64,000 nt of DNA from positions 285,794 through 349,793 of IMG/VR virus record IMGVR_UViG_3300018080_000098. One strand, given 5' to 3'. Below, one piece after another: positions 52,587-62,011 of the stretch. Made by a program: the position numbers and the translations under genes. The notes beneath the pieces are model-generated. The model saw only the letters and a program-made list of their open reading frames with translations. It was not told the origin of the DNA and did no database searches. Positions within the stretch are counted from its first letter, which is position 1. Each line of letters starts with the position of its first letter.

Positions 52587-53159
52587 CTACTCGGCGGAGT
52601 GAATGAGGCGAGTCAACTCGTTGGACAACCGCAAAGCGTGCTCCATACCCAGGAACGTCTTGAGCAGGAACACGTTGGTCACCTTGAGCTCTCGGTCGTA
52701 GGGGTCATCCTTATGGTAGATGTCCACGTGAACGTAGTGGCCTTCGCTTCCTCCCTCGACGGCGAACACGGCGATGCGATGGACATTGTCGGGCCAGTGG
52801 GTCCACTCGCGAGTGTACCGCGCACCCGGCCCCACGTCGAAATATTCGTCGACGATCAGACCGGCGTCCTCCAGACGGCTCGACAATTTCTTGAGAATCT
52901 CCGACAGCGGGCGCCCGGACGCGCGCCGGATGTACCCCGTCTCCTCCCCCGTGGATTTCTCCACGACGGGAGCCCAGTCTTCGAGGACTAGCTCGTAGGG
53001 CTTTGTCTCGTTGGGCTCGCCCAGCACGTAGAGCTCTGCCAACTCGTCTTTGCTCAAGTTATACTTGAGGACGTGGTGACGCGCCCACGCATTTTCCGCA
53101 GCAGCGTAGGCACGCTGATCTGCCTCGTTCAATTTGTCCAAGTATTTCTTGGGGATCAT
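52587..53159 (-). CDS. Hypothetical early-cassette protein
   Basis: Start moved to ATG 53159 (AGGAG RBS). Confidence 0.7.
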   Translation of the reverse strand: MIPKKYLDKLNEADQRAYAAAENAWARHHVLKYNLSKDELAELYVLGEPNETKPYELVLEDWAPVVEKSTGEETGYIRRASGRPLSEILKKLSSRLEDAGLIVDEYFDVGPGARYTREWTHWPDNVHRIAVFAVEGGSEGHYVHVDIYHKDDPYDRELKVTNVFLLKTFLGMEHALRLSNELTRLIHSAE

Positions 53160-53374
53160 GTGTGCTCCTGTGTGTTTCCGTCCGATGCACAACAAGTTAA
53201 GGCGGCCCCACAAAAAGTCAACCAGATATTTTACAAACACCCAATTTTATTTCGATAAAATTCGACGGCGCGAAATGAATAATACCCTACGCCCTAACCC
53301 CTTCCCCCTCACCTACTGGTTTAACCATTAAACAGTGCCCCAGGACGGGGCAAGGAATGTGCTGGGCGTAGAGC

Positions 53375-53764
53375 CTAGGCGGGGTAAGGTAGGTCGTCCA
53401 CGTCTACCGAATACATCAGAGCATAATCGCCGCTGTACTCCATGTAGCCGAAGTAGACGGAACCCGGCAGATCAGCAGGCAATTTCGCATTGATCTGCTC
53501 GGCCAGTTTCTCTGTCCCTTCTTCGACGGCTTCGTTGCCGTCGTCATACTTGATGTCTTCGTCCGTGAGTACGATGTCCAGGACCTCCGCGACGTGGCGC
53601 GGGATGTAGATCCCCCGGCAGCAATCCGCGAGGATCTGCAAAGCGACCTCGCATCGATCGTCGTCGCAGTAATCCGCGAAATCGTCCGGGGTTTTCCACC
53701 CGTCCAACCAGCTACGGATCTCCGCCTCGATCCCTTCGACCATCGTTTCCGTGACCTCGATCAT
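53375..53764 (-). CDS. Acidic hypothetical early-cassette protein
   Basis: Start moved to ATG 53764 (AAGGAG RBS). Confidence 0.7.
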   Translation of the reverse strand: MIEVTETMVEGIEAEIRSWLDGWKTPDDFADYCDDDRCEVALQILADCCRGIYIPRHVAEVLDIVLTDEDIKYDDGNEAVEEGTEKLAEQINAKLPADLPGSVYFGYMEYSGDYALMYSVDVDDLPYPA

Positions 53765-53935
53765 TCTGTGTGCTCCTTTTCCGTCCGACGTGCAAAATAT
53801 AATGCGCCGCAATTCGCCGCGCAAGTGCAAAAACGACACGCACTGAATTTTTTTAATGGGCGTCCCCATACCCTATGCCCAGGGCGAGCTCGAGTAGGTT
53901 AAACCAAATAGCAAAGGGGAGAAGCTCCCCCTGGG

Positions 53936-54295
53936 CTAACAGCCCATCATCCTTTCCATCCGACACTCCTGCTCGTAGCACGCCTCGTACTCCAGGTATT
54001 GCTGGTACGCCTTACACGCTTCCGGGTTCTGCTCCTCGAACGTCTCCCAGTCCACCTCCAGCACCTTGCCCGTCGAGCGGCAAGCGGCGCACGGGCGGTC
54101 GTAACCACCCGACATGTAGTGCGCGAAGTCGTCGTGGTCCCAGTCCCGGTCCCGGTCTTCCTGCGTGATGGCTCCGAGGTAGGCCGACTCTTTACCCTCC
54201 CCGTTGCAGACGTAGCAGATCTGCCACTCCATAGGGATCTCCACACAGACTTCGTCGCCGTCGTCGTTCTCGTACTCGAAAAGTTTGCTCGGCAT
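53936..54295 (-). CDS. Acidic protein with CxxCxGxG zinc-finger motifs
   Basis: Start moved to ATG 54295; CYVCNGEG and CAACRSTG. Confidence 0.7.
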   Translation of the reverse strand: MPSKLFEYENDDGDEVCVEIPMEWQICYVCNGEGKESAYLGAITQEDRDRDWDHDDFAHYMSGGYDRPCAACRSTGKVLEVDWETFEEQNPEACKAYQQYLEYEACYEQECRMERMMGC

Positions 54296-54499
54296 CTTGC
54301 GCTCCTGATTCGGTTGTCCGTCCGACACACAAAAAGTAAACCGGCCACACAAAAAGTCAATCGAATATTTTGCAACGCACGGATTTTGTTGCAATAAAAC
54401 TTGACGACGTAAAGACGTGTACCCTAGGGGTATAGCAGCGGTGTTCGGTTAAACCAAAAGGTGAACGCCCCGGGAAGGGGCATCCCGTAGCCGAGGGGT

Positions 54500-54850
54500 C
54501 TACTCGTACCGGACACCCGGGCCGAAGCGCATCCCTGCCTCCGCTCGGCGCTCGGCTTCCTCCTCCGCCCTACACTCCCGGGCGTAGGCCAACTGCTGCT
54601 CCGTCTCCGGGTCCAGGATAGCAGCATCGCTCCAGTAGGGGCTGACCGTGAAGTGCTCGGCGCCCATCCCGCGATACTGGATCGCCCGGTTGACGTTCAC
54701 ACACAGCCGACCGAGACGCGCGGGGACACCCGGCTTGTCGGTCCATTCCGTGTGCTCGTGATACCAGCACCGATTGCTGACATGGTCCTTCACCACCAGC
54801 AAGCAAAGGGTTGCTTCTTCCAGCGGCCAAAGCTCAACGTGTGCGCGCAT
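54500..54850 (-). CDS. Hypothetical early-cassette protein
   Basis: Start moved to ATG 54850 (GGAG RBS). Confidence 0.65.
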   Translation of the reverse strand: MRAHVELWPLEEATLCLLVVKDHVSNRCWYHEHTEWTDKPGVPARLGRLCVNVNRAIQYRGMGAEHFTVSPYWSDAAILDPETEQQLAYARECRAEEEAERRAEAGMRFGPGVRYE

Positions 54851-55081
54851 TGTGTGTCTCCGTGTGCTGTTTCCGTCCGACGCACACAAGATAAATCTGG
54901 CAACCGGAAAGTCAACCAGATATTTCACAACGTCCGAATTTAATTGCGAAAAAACTTTACAACGTCAAGTGTCGTGCGCCCACCCTATCCCCAGGGGTAG
55001 GGCGTTAGGTTTAACCGAGTAATGGAAAAGAAAAAGCGCGCCCCCGAAGGGGCACGCCTTATCCGTGGCGTAGCCCACGGG

Positions 55082-55432
55082 CTACTTCTTCGCCGCCTTC
55101 TTGTCGGGCAGGATGTCGGCGTTCTCCTCGATGAACGCCTCCACCCGCTCCTTGTTCTCGAACAGACGCTTCCACTGGCTCTTGTAGAGGGACACGGGGA
55201 AGCGCATCAGACCGTACACGCAGACGCAGCCCTTCTGGCTGGCCTTGATCGTCAGCTCACCCTGAGCCCGGGTCTTCTTGGCCTGGAGGTTGGCGACCTC
55301 CCGCTTCATGGCCTCCAGCTCCGCGCGGAGGGCGTCGGCTTCGCTCTGCTCGTCGGTCTGGGCCTGAGCCTCGGGGGCGTCCTTGGTAGCGGCTTTTTTC
55401 GTGGGCTTACCGTTGATCGGGTTCTTTTTCAT
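55082..55432 (-). CDS. K[VA]SxKGxVxVYG..RFP-family small protein, copy 1
   Basis: Start moved to ATG 55432; paralogue of 55899-56240. Confidence 0.75.
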   Translation of the reverse strand: MKKNPINGKPTKKAATKDAPEAQAQTDEQSEADALRAELEAMKREVANLQAKKTRAQGELTIKASQKGCVCVYGLMRFPVSLYKSQWKRLFENKERVEAFIEENADILPDKKAAKK

Positions 55433-55725
55433 GCTGTCATCTCCGTGGGCATTGTGCCCGGCTGTTGATTGCGGCGGCTGCTGAATTGCTCCGTCCGACG
55501 CTGCAAAGATAGCAACGCGCGCCGCCCCGCACAAGTGCCAAATTGAATTTAATTTGCAAGGTGCGAATTTTTCAAACGAAAAACTTTACGCTGTCAAGTG
55601 CGGCGCCCCTTGTGCGCGGATAGCCTATCGCGCCACACCCCTAGGGGTACAGGGTATCCCCTGGGCCTCCCCGGAGGCGTTAGGTTTAACCGAATATCCA
55701 CCCCGTCCCCTTGTCATCGGTGTTA

Positions 55726-55840
55726 GGTTTAACCGGGACGGCTGCGGCGCCGCACCCTTTATAGACTATCCAGATCCCCCAGGGGTTATTCACTGACCAC
55801 CCTACCCAACTGGACCACCCACATTTTGTATAGAGAGAAC
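55726..55840. repeat. Long conserved intergenic element C, copy 1
   Basis: GGTTTAACC...GCTGCG...CCTTTATAGACTATCCAGATCCCC...TTTTGTATAGAGAGAAC. Confidence 0.75.
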
Positions 55841-55844
55841 ACCC

Positions 55845-55877
55845 CTTCCCCGGGTAGCACTACGCTACCCGGGGAAG
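55845..55877 (-). terminator. Intrinsic terminator-like hairpin
   Basis: CTTCCCCGGGTAGC/GCTACCCGGGGAAG stem just after stop at 55899. Confidence 0.65.
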
Positions 55878-55898
55878 CGCGGCTGCGTAGCAGCGTAG

Positions 55899-56240
55899 CT
55901 ACTTGGCAGCCTTGTCCTTCTTGTCCGGGAGCAGGTCCTCGTGCTCCTCGATGAACGCCTCGATGTCATCCTTCATGGCGAACAGCCTACGCCACTGCGA
56001 CTTGTAGAACGAGATGGGGAAGCGGCCCATACCGTACACGGACACGCAGCCCTTCTTGCTCACCTTGATGGTGTTCTTCGCCTTGCCCTGCGCGGCGGCA
56101 AGCTGCTGCTTGGCCTGCGCCAACTCCAGCTTGAGAGCGGCAAGCTCCGCCTCGTCTGCGCTCGGCTCGGGGGCCACCTCGGGCTTGCTGGGCTTGCGGG
56201 TTTTCTTTCCGGTGATCAGGTTCTTCTTCGCCATAGTCAT
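55899..56240 (-). CDS. K[VA]SxKGxVxVYG..RFP-family small protein, copy 2
   Basis: KVSKKGCVSVYGMGRFPISFYKSQW; paralogue of 55082-55432. Confidence 0.75.
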   Translation of the reverse strand: MTMAKKNLITGKKTRKPSKPEVAPEPSADEAELAALKLELAQAKQQLAAAQGKAKNTIKVSKKGCVSVYGMGRFPISFYKSQWRRLFAMKDDIEAFIEEHEDLLPDKKDKAAK

Positions 56241-56509
56241 CTCCGTTTGGCCTGTGGGCTGTGCGCCCTGGTTTGTTTGTGTCGGGTGCGTCCGACAGAA
56301 CCCACAGTATCAAAGCAGCATTACGTCGTCAAGTATTTAATCGAATATTTTACAAGCCCGTAAATTGATTTGGATTATGCAGCACCGCACAACACGCTGC
56401 ATCCCTTAGCGCGTACAGCCCATACTCCATCGGGTACAGGGTAGGGCCAGGACGTTCGGTTAAACCAAATGTCCAACGCGCATAGGGTAGGACGTATCCC
56501 ACGCCGTTA

Positions 56510-56634
56510 GGTTTAACCCGTACCCTGCTGCGCCGCGCTGCGTCGTGCAGCCTTTATAGTCTATCCAGATCCCCAGGCCCTCCCAGAATATACCAGAGTA
56601 ATATTTACCACCCCTCATTTTGTATAGAGAGAAC
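56510..56634. repeat. Long conserved intergenic element C, copy 2
   Basis: GGTTTAACC...GCTGCGCCGCGCTGCGTCG...CAGCCTTTATAGTCTATCCAGATCCCC...TTTTGTATAGAGAGAAC. Confidence 0.8.
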
Positions 56635-56641
56635 TACCCCC

Positions 56642-56836
56642 CTACCACCCCTGCCAACGCTTGGGCTTGCGCCACCCCACGCACTGCTCGTAGTGCTCCA
56701 ACGCACCAGACTGCCGCGGGTTGCAACAGTGACACACGTACATAATGATAGGCTTGCCGTCCGCATCATTACCTACCAACTGCGCCTCCATGTTCTGCGC
56801 GCACCGCGGGCAAATACTTTCCTCGGGTCTGCTCAT
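56642..56836 (-). CDS. Small Zn-finger-like protein
   Basis: Start moved to ATG 56836; CPRC...CHCC. Confidence 0.55.
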   Translation of the reverse strand: MSRPEESICPRCAQNMEAQLVGNDADGKPIIMYVCHCCNPRQSGALEHYEQCVGWRKPKRWQGW

Positions 56837-57045
56837 GATGCTTTCCCCTCCCGCCACTTCCGCATGGCCTGGTTATATCCCGAGTCCGGGTTGCACAGGA
56901 TACAGTCCCCGTGCCCGCAGTCCCGCACCCCGTTCGACTGCGCGGCATCCTGGCGCCGCTCCACCGCACCCACGCCCACCCGCTCCCGGTACTGCGTACA
57001 CACTACACAGGCGCAGTGTACCGCGTTGTGTCCTTTGGGCAGCAT
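56833..57045 (-). CDS. Small Cys-rich protein
   Basis: HCACVVC...CGHGDCILC. Confidence 0.55.
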   Translation of the reverse strand: MLPKGHNAVHCACVVCTQYRERVGVGAVERRQDAAQSNGVRDCGHGDCILCNPDSGYNQAMRKWREGKAS

Positions 57046-57047
57046 GA

Positions 57048-57218
57048 CTACTCCTCGTGCTCCAGCTTCACGAACTCCACTATCCTCGGAACCCCGTCCG
57101 TGCTGTACTCACTGTACCCATCGAACGTGTAGCCCCGCTCCGCAGCTTCCGCGAAACTCGCTTCACAGTTGGGCCGTACCAGATATTTCACGGCCTTGAG
57201 TTTCTTTTCTTTGTCCAT
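57048..57218 (-). CDS. Hypothetical protein
   Basis: Start moved to ATG 57218. Confidence 0.5.
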   Translation of the reverse strand: MDKEKKLKAVKYLVRPNCEASFAEAAERGYTFDGYSEYSTDGVPRIVEFVKLEHEE

Positions 57219-57228
57219 TGGAACCACC

Positions 57229-58119
57229 CTAGAACGCACTCGCCTTCAGCGGGCTACCGCAGATGGGGCAGTGGGGTACGCCGTCCTCGTCCACGTAGAT
57301 GTACCCGGCGCCCGGCTCGGGGTCCGACCCGTCCTCCATCTCCGCATCGTACTTGACGATCTCGCAGTCCTTCAGCGCCACGACGTCATTACCGTTCGGG
57401 TCACAGGCGTACTCCTCGTACCCGTTGCACAGCTCCCAGTGTGCGCCGCACGGACCACCGTCCGACCCACCATCCATCCGAAGCTGCTCGGGACGGTTCG
57501 CCGTGTCCTCACAGTAGATCGTCGCCCGCCCGTCGTCGAACATCGCGAGCTCACTGTTGCCGCTCACGTCGAAGGCCACCGCCCGGGTGTACCCACCGCG
57601 CACGTCCGCGCCGCCGTGAATTTGGAGCAGCACGTGACCACCGTCCTCGTCCTCCCAGTAACAATACTGGATGACCTGCGACAGCAGCGACTCGTGGTTG
57701 TAGGTGTTCACCGTCACCGGCGAACCCTCACCGTAGATGCCGCCGAACTCCGTGCCGTACTCCTCGGCCTCCATCTCCAGCAGCTTCATGAACTCCTCGA
57801 CACAGGCGAACCAGGACTCGTCCTCCATCTCGCCCGTCGTCGCGAAAGTGTGGAACCGCTTGTCCAACTCCTCGTTGTACTCCAGCCGGTCCTTCAGCCA
57901 GTGGTACAGGTTGAGCGTGATGTCCAGGTAGTCCCAGCTACCGTCCAGCACAGCCTCGGGCTCGTTCTCGAAAGCCCGACCCTGGTTACGTTGCCAGTGA
58001 CGACCACACGCCCCGCCACTGTCCATCATATGAATACCCGTCCGCTCGGTCAACATGTCGTGAATGACCTGAGCCGTCACGTCCTGAATGTCCTGGTCGT
58101 TGTCCTTGATGGCGTTCAT
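57229..58119 (-). CDS. Conserved-looking phage hypothetical protein
   Basis: Start moved to ATG 58119; TGIHMMDSGGACGRHWQRN, VNTYN, LLQIHGGADVRGGYT motifs. Confidence 0.75.
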   Translation of the reverse strand: MNAIKDNDQDIQDVTAQVIHDMLTERTGIHMMDSGGACGRHWQRNQGRAFENEPEAVLDGSWDYLDITLNLYHWLKDRLEYNEELDKRFHTFATTGEMEDESWFACVEEFMKLLEMEAEEYGTEFGGIYGEGSPVTVNTYNHESLLSQVIQYCYWEDEDGGHVLLQIHGGADVRGGYTRAVAFDVSGNSELAMFDDGRATIYCEDTANRPEQLRMDGGSDGGPCGAHWELCNGYEEYACDPNGNDVVALKDCEIVKYDAEMEDGSDPEPGAGYIYVDEDGVPHCPICGSPLKASAF

Positions 58120-58341
58120 TTCGCTTGCCTCCGATGCGGTTTGTTTTTTCCGTCCGACGAAACAAATATAAATTCGGCGCACAAAAAAGTCAATCAAATA
58201 TTTTTGACGCGCCGATTTTTTCGCGGGTATGCCTCCCTTCCCGCACGCACTCTATAATAGGTATACCCTACACTCTACCCCTCGAGCTCCCCGTTCGGTT
58301 TAACCATACGCCCTACCCCATACCCCTTGTCCACGTTGTTC

Positions 58342-58467
58342 GGTTTAACCAACAGACCTGCCGCGCCGCGCTGCGTCGAGCAGCCTTTATAGTCTATCCA
58401 GACCCGCCAGGAATATTTCGCACGCTGCCAAACGAATAGACTAAAGGGAATTTTGTATAGAGAGAAC
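58342..58467. repeat. Long conserved intergenic element C, copy 3
   Basis: Same blocks plus GGAATATTT.CACGCTGCC...GACTAAAGGGAA shared with copy 4. Confidence 0.8.
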
Positions 58468-58695
58468 CTACCCCTCCGGGTTGCTCCTATTACATCGACC
58501 GTTCATCGTCGAAGCCTCCCACCCCACCTCTTTGCGCTCGCGCCATTCTGCTACCGCTTTATCCACTTCGGCTTGTCGCTCCGGTGGAGGATCGGCATAG
58601 CGTTCCCTCGGTAGGATACAGTGGCACGTTGGCCCACAGCACCAACTGAATTTACACTGCTCGCAGTCATAGCGATAACGTGGTACGCGGTCCAT
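58468..58695 (-). CDS. Small Cys-rich protein
   Basis: CEQC...CCGPTCHC. Confidence 0.55.
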   Translation of the reverse strand: MDRVPRYRYDCEQCKFSWCCGPTCHCILPRERYADPPPERQAEVDKAVAEWRERKEVGWEASTMNGRCNRSNPEG

Positions 58696-58696
58696 T

Positions 58697-59179
58697 CTAC
58701 CACTCCCCCAGCCTACTTAGCTCCGTAGGATACACCCTGTCCTCCGGCAACGGGTAGTCCTCGTCCGACACGAACACGTAGCCCACCAGGCTAGTGTAGG
58801 GTGGGTTCCTGTCGTGGCTCCCGTCGTCCACCCACACTTCGTACAGTAGTACCTGCGGGTAGTCTTTCAACGGGCGCCGGGTCCTCGGCAGCACCACGTC
58901 GCCGCGTTCACTCTTGGGCTTGTCTAGTGGTCTGCTGTCCAACTCTAAGTCCAGGTCCCGAATGGTCCAGCCCTTGCCGTCGAACGCTCGCAGGTCCGTG
59001 GAAAATACACGAGCCACCCGGGGCGCCACGAGCGTAGGCTTTGTCACCGTGACCCGAGTAGGCAAGTACAGGTCCACAGGTAGCCGCATGAAAAACTGCG
59101 ACACCTTGGGGCACTGGAATTCCTCCAAGGGAATAAACTCTCCCAGCGTCACCGTGGGTTTGGGGTTGGGCTTCGGCAC
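58697..59179 (-). CDS. Hypothetical protein
   Basis: AAGGAG RBS; GTG start. Confidence 0.6.
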   Translation of the reverse strand: MPKPNPKPTVTLGEFIPLEEFQCPKVSQFFMRLPVDLYLPTRVTVTKPTLVAPRVARVFSTDLRAFDGKGWTIRDLDLELDSRPLDKPKSERGDVVLPRTRRPLKDYPQVLLYEVWVDDGSHDRNPPYTSLVGYVFVSDEDYPLPEDRVYPTELSRLGEW

Positions 59180-59189
59180 CGGCTACTCC

Positions 59190-59591
59190 TTATTTCAGTT
59201 CCGCCGTGGCACCCACGTTCTTGAGCGCCTTGACCAGCGCCAGCTTGCGACCACCCGAGAGCTTCTGGGTTCCCCGGAATTTGTTGTCCAGCTTTACCGG
59301 GGTACGTTCGGACAACTCCTTCGCCTCCTTCAGCCCAATCTCCAGGTGCTCACGCAGCGCCTTGATTACCTGGATTTTCTGTTGTCCGTGGTTTACCAGG
59401 ACAAGGCTTCCCATGATGGCGTTCTCTGCACCCTCCGGGTCCTTCACTGCTTCCGTGAACAGATGCAATACACAACGGCTCACCGTGATACCGTACATGT
59501 GATTCAGCGTACCTACCACCGCCATCGCTTCGCGCGGGGTTAGCGTGCTCAGTCCCTCGGCCAGCAGAGAAATCTTTTCCTTGTTTCGCAT
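59190..59591 (-). CDS. rplL: Ribosomal protein bL12 (L7/L12) homologue, copy 1
   Basis: NTD-like LSTLTPREAMAVV...YGITV; CTD QKIQVIKALREHLEIGLKEAKELSE; ends ALKNVGATAELK. Confidence 0.8.
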   Translation of the reverse strand: MRNKEKISLLAEGLSTLTPREAMAVVGTLNHMYGITVSRCVLHLFTEAVKDPEGAENAIMGSLVLVNHGQQKIQVIKALREHLEIGLKEAKELSERTPVKLDNKFRGTQKLSGGRKLALVKALKNVGATAELK

Positions 59592-59692
59592 TGTCTTTAG
59601 CTCCTGTGCGTTTTTCCGTCCGACGCAATCAAAAATATCAAACGCTCATTACGTTGTCAAGAAAAAAAAATCGGCGCGCGGCTTCGCCTTCA

Positions 59693-59715
59693 CTAGCTAG
59701 TTATTATCTAGCATC
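59693..59715 (+). promoter_or_regulatory. Conserved upstream motif of + strand gene (candidate phage-specific promoter), copy 1
   Basis: CTAGCTAGTTATTATCTAGCATC, near-identical to 63100-63122; both precede CAGGAG RBS and an MPAK start. Confidence 0.55.
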
Positions 59716-59739
59716 ACACCCACACAGGAGAACTCCCTT

Positions 59740-59989
59740 ATGCCTGCAAAAACGAATTAAAGTCAACGGGCAGACCTACATAGCTGCGGACGCCTACAGC
59801 CAGCAACTACTAGGAAACATCAAACAGACTATCAAGGAAGCACTCGACGCCTTCACTCTCTACAACGGGTATGCCTACGGGGCTCGAGCAGAGGAGCTAG
59901 ACGCAGGCCTTCGACAAGACCTGGAAGAAACCGAAAGCAACCTGCGCAATAAGCTAGACGCCCTCAAGAATCTCGCGGCTAGACTGTAG
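59740..59989 (+). pseudogene. GxxY-motif small gene interrupted by one extra A in an A5 run
   Basis: ATG CCT GCA AAA ACG AAT TAA; removing one A gives MPAKRIKVNGQTYIAAD..., parallel to 63146 MPAKHIQVNGHKY. Confidence 0.65.
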
Positions 59990-60013
59990 CCCTACCCCTT
60001 CCCCACGTTGTTC

Positions 60014-60137
60014 GGTTTAACCGTTCGTCCGGCTGCGCCGCGCTGCGTCGGGCAGCCTTTAGACTATCCAAACCCACAGGGAATATTTTTCACGCTGCCC
60101 AGCAGACAGACTAAAGGGAATTTTGTATAGAGAGAAG
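60014..60137. repeat. Long conserved intergenic element C, copy 4
   Basis: Near-identical to copy 3; lies where + and - genes converge. Confidence 0.8.
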
Positions 60138-60347
60138 CTGGTCTACCAACCTCTTCCAGTTCTCTATCCATTCTTTTTGTTCTTGCAGACATTCCTGACA
60201 GCGGTCCGTTTGGTCTATTTTCCCTCGACACAAAGGCTCACCGCACCTTGTTCCTCCGAGCAACTCAGGCAAAAATACCAGACGCCCAGCCTCGGGGACA
60301 AAGTCTTCGTACTTGAACCGCAGGTCCCTACCCCTTCTCCAGCCCAT
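60111..60347 (-). CDS. Hypothetical protein
   Basis: Start moved to ATG 60347; 3' end runs into element C. Confidence 0.45.
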   Translation of the reverse strand: MGWRRGRDLRFKYEDFVPEAGRLVFLPELLGGTRCGEPLCRGKIDQTDRCQECLQEQKEWIENWKRLVDQLLSIQNSL

Positions 60348-60597
60348 CGAGCAGCTTGTCCAGCACCACGTCGTGCATGAGCTTGCGGCGGATAGTGTAC
60401 CCCGAATCAAAACGAGTGTCCGCAAACTCTACCATGTTCACCATGCCCATGAACAACACCACGAAATCCTCGGTGGACATGCGCCGCAATACCCGGTCCA
60501 CGTACCAGTCCAGCCCGTAGTGGGAACTCTTCCCGTAACGCTCCTCGTCCTGAGCTTTGTCCTTCCGAGCCTGCTCTATGACTTCGCGGATAGTCAT
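60328..60597 (-). CDS. Hypothetical protein
   Basis: AGGA RBS; 89 aa. Confidence 0.6.
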   Translation of the reverse strand: MTIREVIEQARKDKAQDEERYGKSSHYGLDWYVDRVLRRMSTEDFVVLFMGMVNMVEFADTRFDSGYTIRRKLMHDVVLDKLLDGLEKG

Positions 60598-60609
60598 GGT
60601 TCCTACCTG

Positions 60610-60828
60610 CTACTCCTGCACGTGAAGACTACCCGCGAGCATCCCCCACAATTCGTCCAGCGTGACACCGGACTCCAAGATGTACTCCACTTGTTCGGTA
60701 AGCCCACCGTTGTTGATGGCGCTCGCTTCACCGGCTTTCAGGTCGTGGACAATCTCGTCCAGGTCCACAGACTCGCACCCGTCTGCCTCCAGCAGCTTGA
60801 CCACCCGGTCCAACTCTTTCGCGTCCAT
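60610..60828 (-). CDS. Hypothetical phage protein
   Basis: LDEIVHDLKAGEASAINNGGLTEQVEYI motif. Confidence 0.65.
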   Translation of the reverse strand: MDAKELDRVVKLLEADGCESVDLDEIVHDLKAGEASAINNGGLTEQVEYILESGVTLDELWGMLAGSLHVQE

Positions 60829-60831
60829 GAC

Positions 60832-60996
60832 TTACTCCTGCTCCTTTTTCTTTTGGAGCCCCACCCCTCCACACTTCGTGCAGCGGTCCACACCCTCCGG
60901 GTCTTTCAGACTCGAACCGTACCCGTCGCAGTGATCACAGAATTCGTACCCGTGAGCCTCGGGGTTCATCATTACGTCGAAGTCCAGAACTTTCAT
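60832..60996 (-). CDS. Small DnaJ-type Zn-finger-like protein
   Basis: Start moved to ATG 60996; CDHCDGYG and CTKCGGVG. Confidence 0.6.
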   Translation of the reverse strand: MKVLDFDVMMNPEAHGYEFCDHCDGYGSSLKDPEGVDRCTKCGGVGLQKKKEQE

Positions 60997-61077
60997 TTCC
61001 GTCTCTCCGTTTCGCAATTCGTGCGATCGAAAATATCAAACGCGCTTTACGCCGTCAAGAAAAAATTTCGCAAGCAG

Positions 61078-61518
61078 CTAAAAGTCGTGAACGTCCCCAC
61101 ACTCCGGACACGCCGCGCAAACCTCCGCACACACTATCCCGGTGTCCGGGTCGCAGTAGGGCAGCACTGTGTGCGCCGCTCCGCAACACTCGAACTCTCG
61201 ATACAACTCCGGTCCAGGTTCCGGGACCTCCCCGTAGCTGAACACAAACTGAGGGTTCACCACCGCGTACTCCCGACTGCCCCCGTCCTTCACCGAAGCG
61301 TGGGAACGGAAAGACTTGAGCGGACTCACCACCAACCGGCGTACCGTCCGGTTATACTCCCCCTCCTCGATCAGTGCCACGCGAGGTAAACTCGTCTCAC
61401 GCTCGTACCCCAGAACACACTCCCGACTGTACCCGTGAATAGTCGCGTGCCCATCCTCCCCCACCGTGAACGCTACCGTCCACACCGAATCAATCAGCCT
61501 CTTCGTTGCGTACCGCAT
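61078..61518 (-). CDS. Hypothetical protein
   Basis: AAGGAG RBS; C-terminal Cys cluster. Confidence 0.65.
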   Translation of the reverse strand: MRYATKRLIDSVWTVAFTVGEDGHATIHGYSRECVLGYERETSLPRVALIEEGEYNRTVRRLVVSPLKSFRSHASVKDGGSREYAVVNPQFVFSYGEVPEPGPELYREFECCGAAHTVLPYCDPDTGIVCAEVCAACPECGDVHDF

Positions 61519-61528
61519 CCGTCTCTCC

Positions 61529-61930
61529 TTACCTGAACTCCACCACCGCTCCTACACCCCGAAGCGCCTGCGCCAAAGCCAGCTTCCGCCGACCCGTCAA
61601 CTTCTCCCGATTCCGGTACTTGTTCCCCAGTACCACAGGGACCGCCTCCGACAAGTCCTTGGCTTCCTTCAGCCCGATCTCCAGATGCTCCCGCAGCACC
61701 TTGATCACCTGGATCTTCCGCTCCCCATACCCCACCAGCATCAGCTTCCCCACTACCGCCTCCGCTGACCCCTCCGGATCCTGCGCAGCCTCCCCCAGCA
61801 GATGCACCACACAACGACTCACCGTGAGCCCATACGTGTGGTTCATCGTTCCCACCACAGCCATCGCCTCGCGAGGCGTCAACGTGCTCAACGCCTCCGC
61901 CAACAAAGAAATCTTTTCGTGGTTACGCAT
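61529..61930 (-). CDS. rplL: Ribosomal protein bL12 (L7/L12) homologue, copy 2
   Basis: Paralogue of 59190-59591; RKIQVIKVLREHLEIGLKEAKDLSE; ends ALRGVGAVVEFR. Confidence 0.8.
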   Translation of the reverse strand: MRNHEKISLLAEALSTLTPREAMAVVGTMNHTYGLTVSRCVVHLLGEAAQDPEGSAEAVVGKLMLVGYGERKIQVIKVLREHLEIGLKEAKDLSEAVPVVLGNKYRNREKLTGRRKLALAQALRGVGAVVEFR

Positions 61931-62011
61931 CGCTCTAGCTCCTGTTGTTTCCGTCCGACGCGATCAAAAATATCAAATCAACTTGACGCTGTCAAGAAAA
62001 AATTTCGGCGG

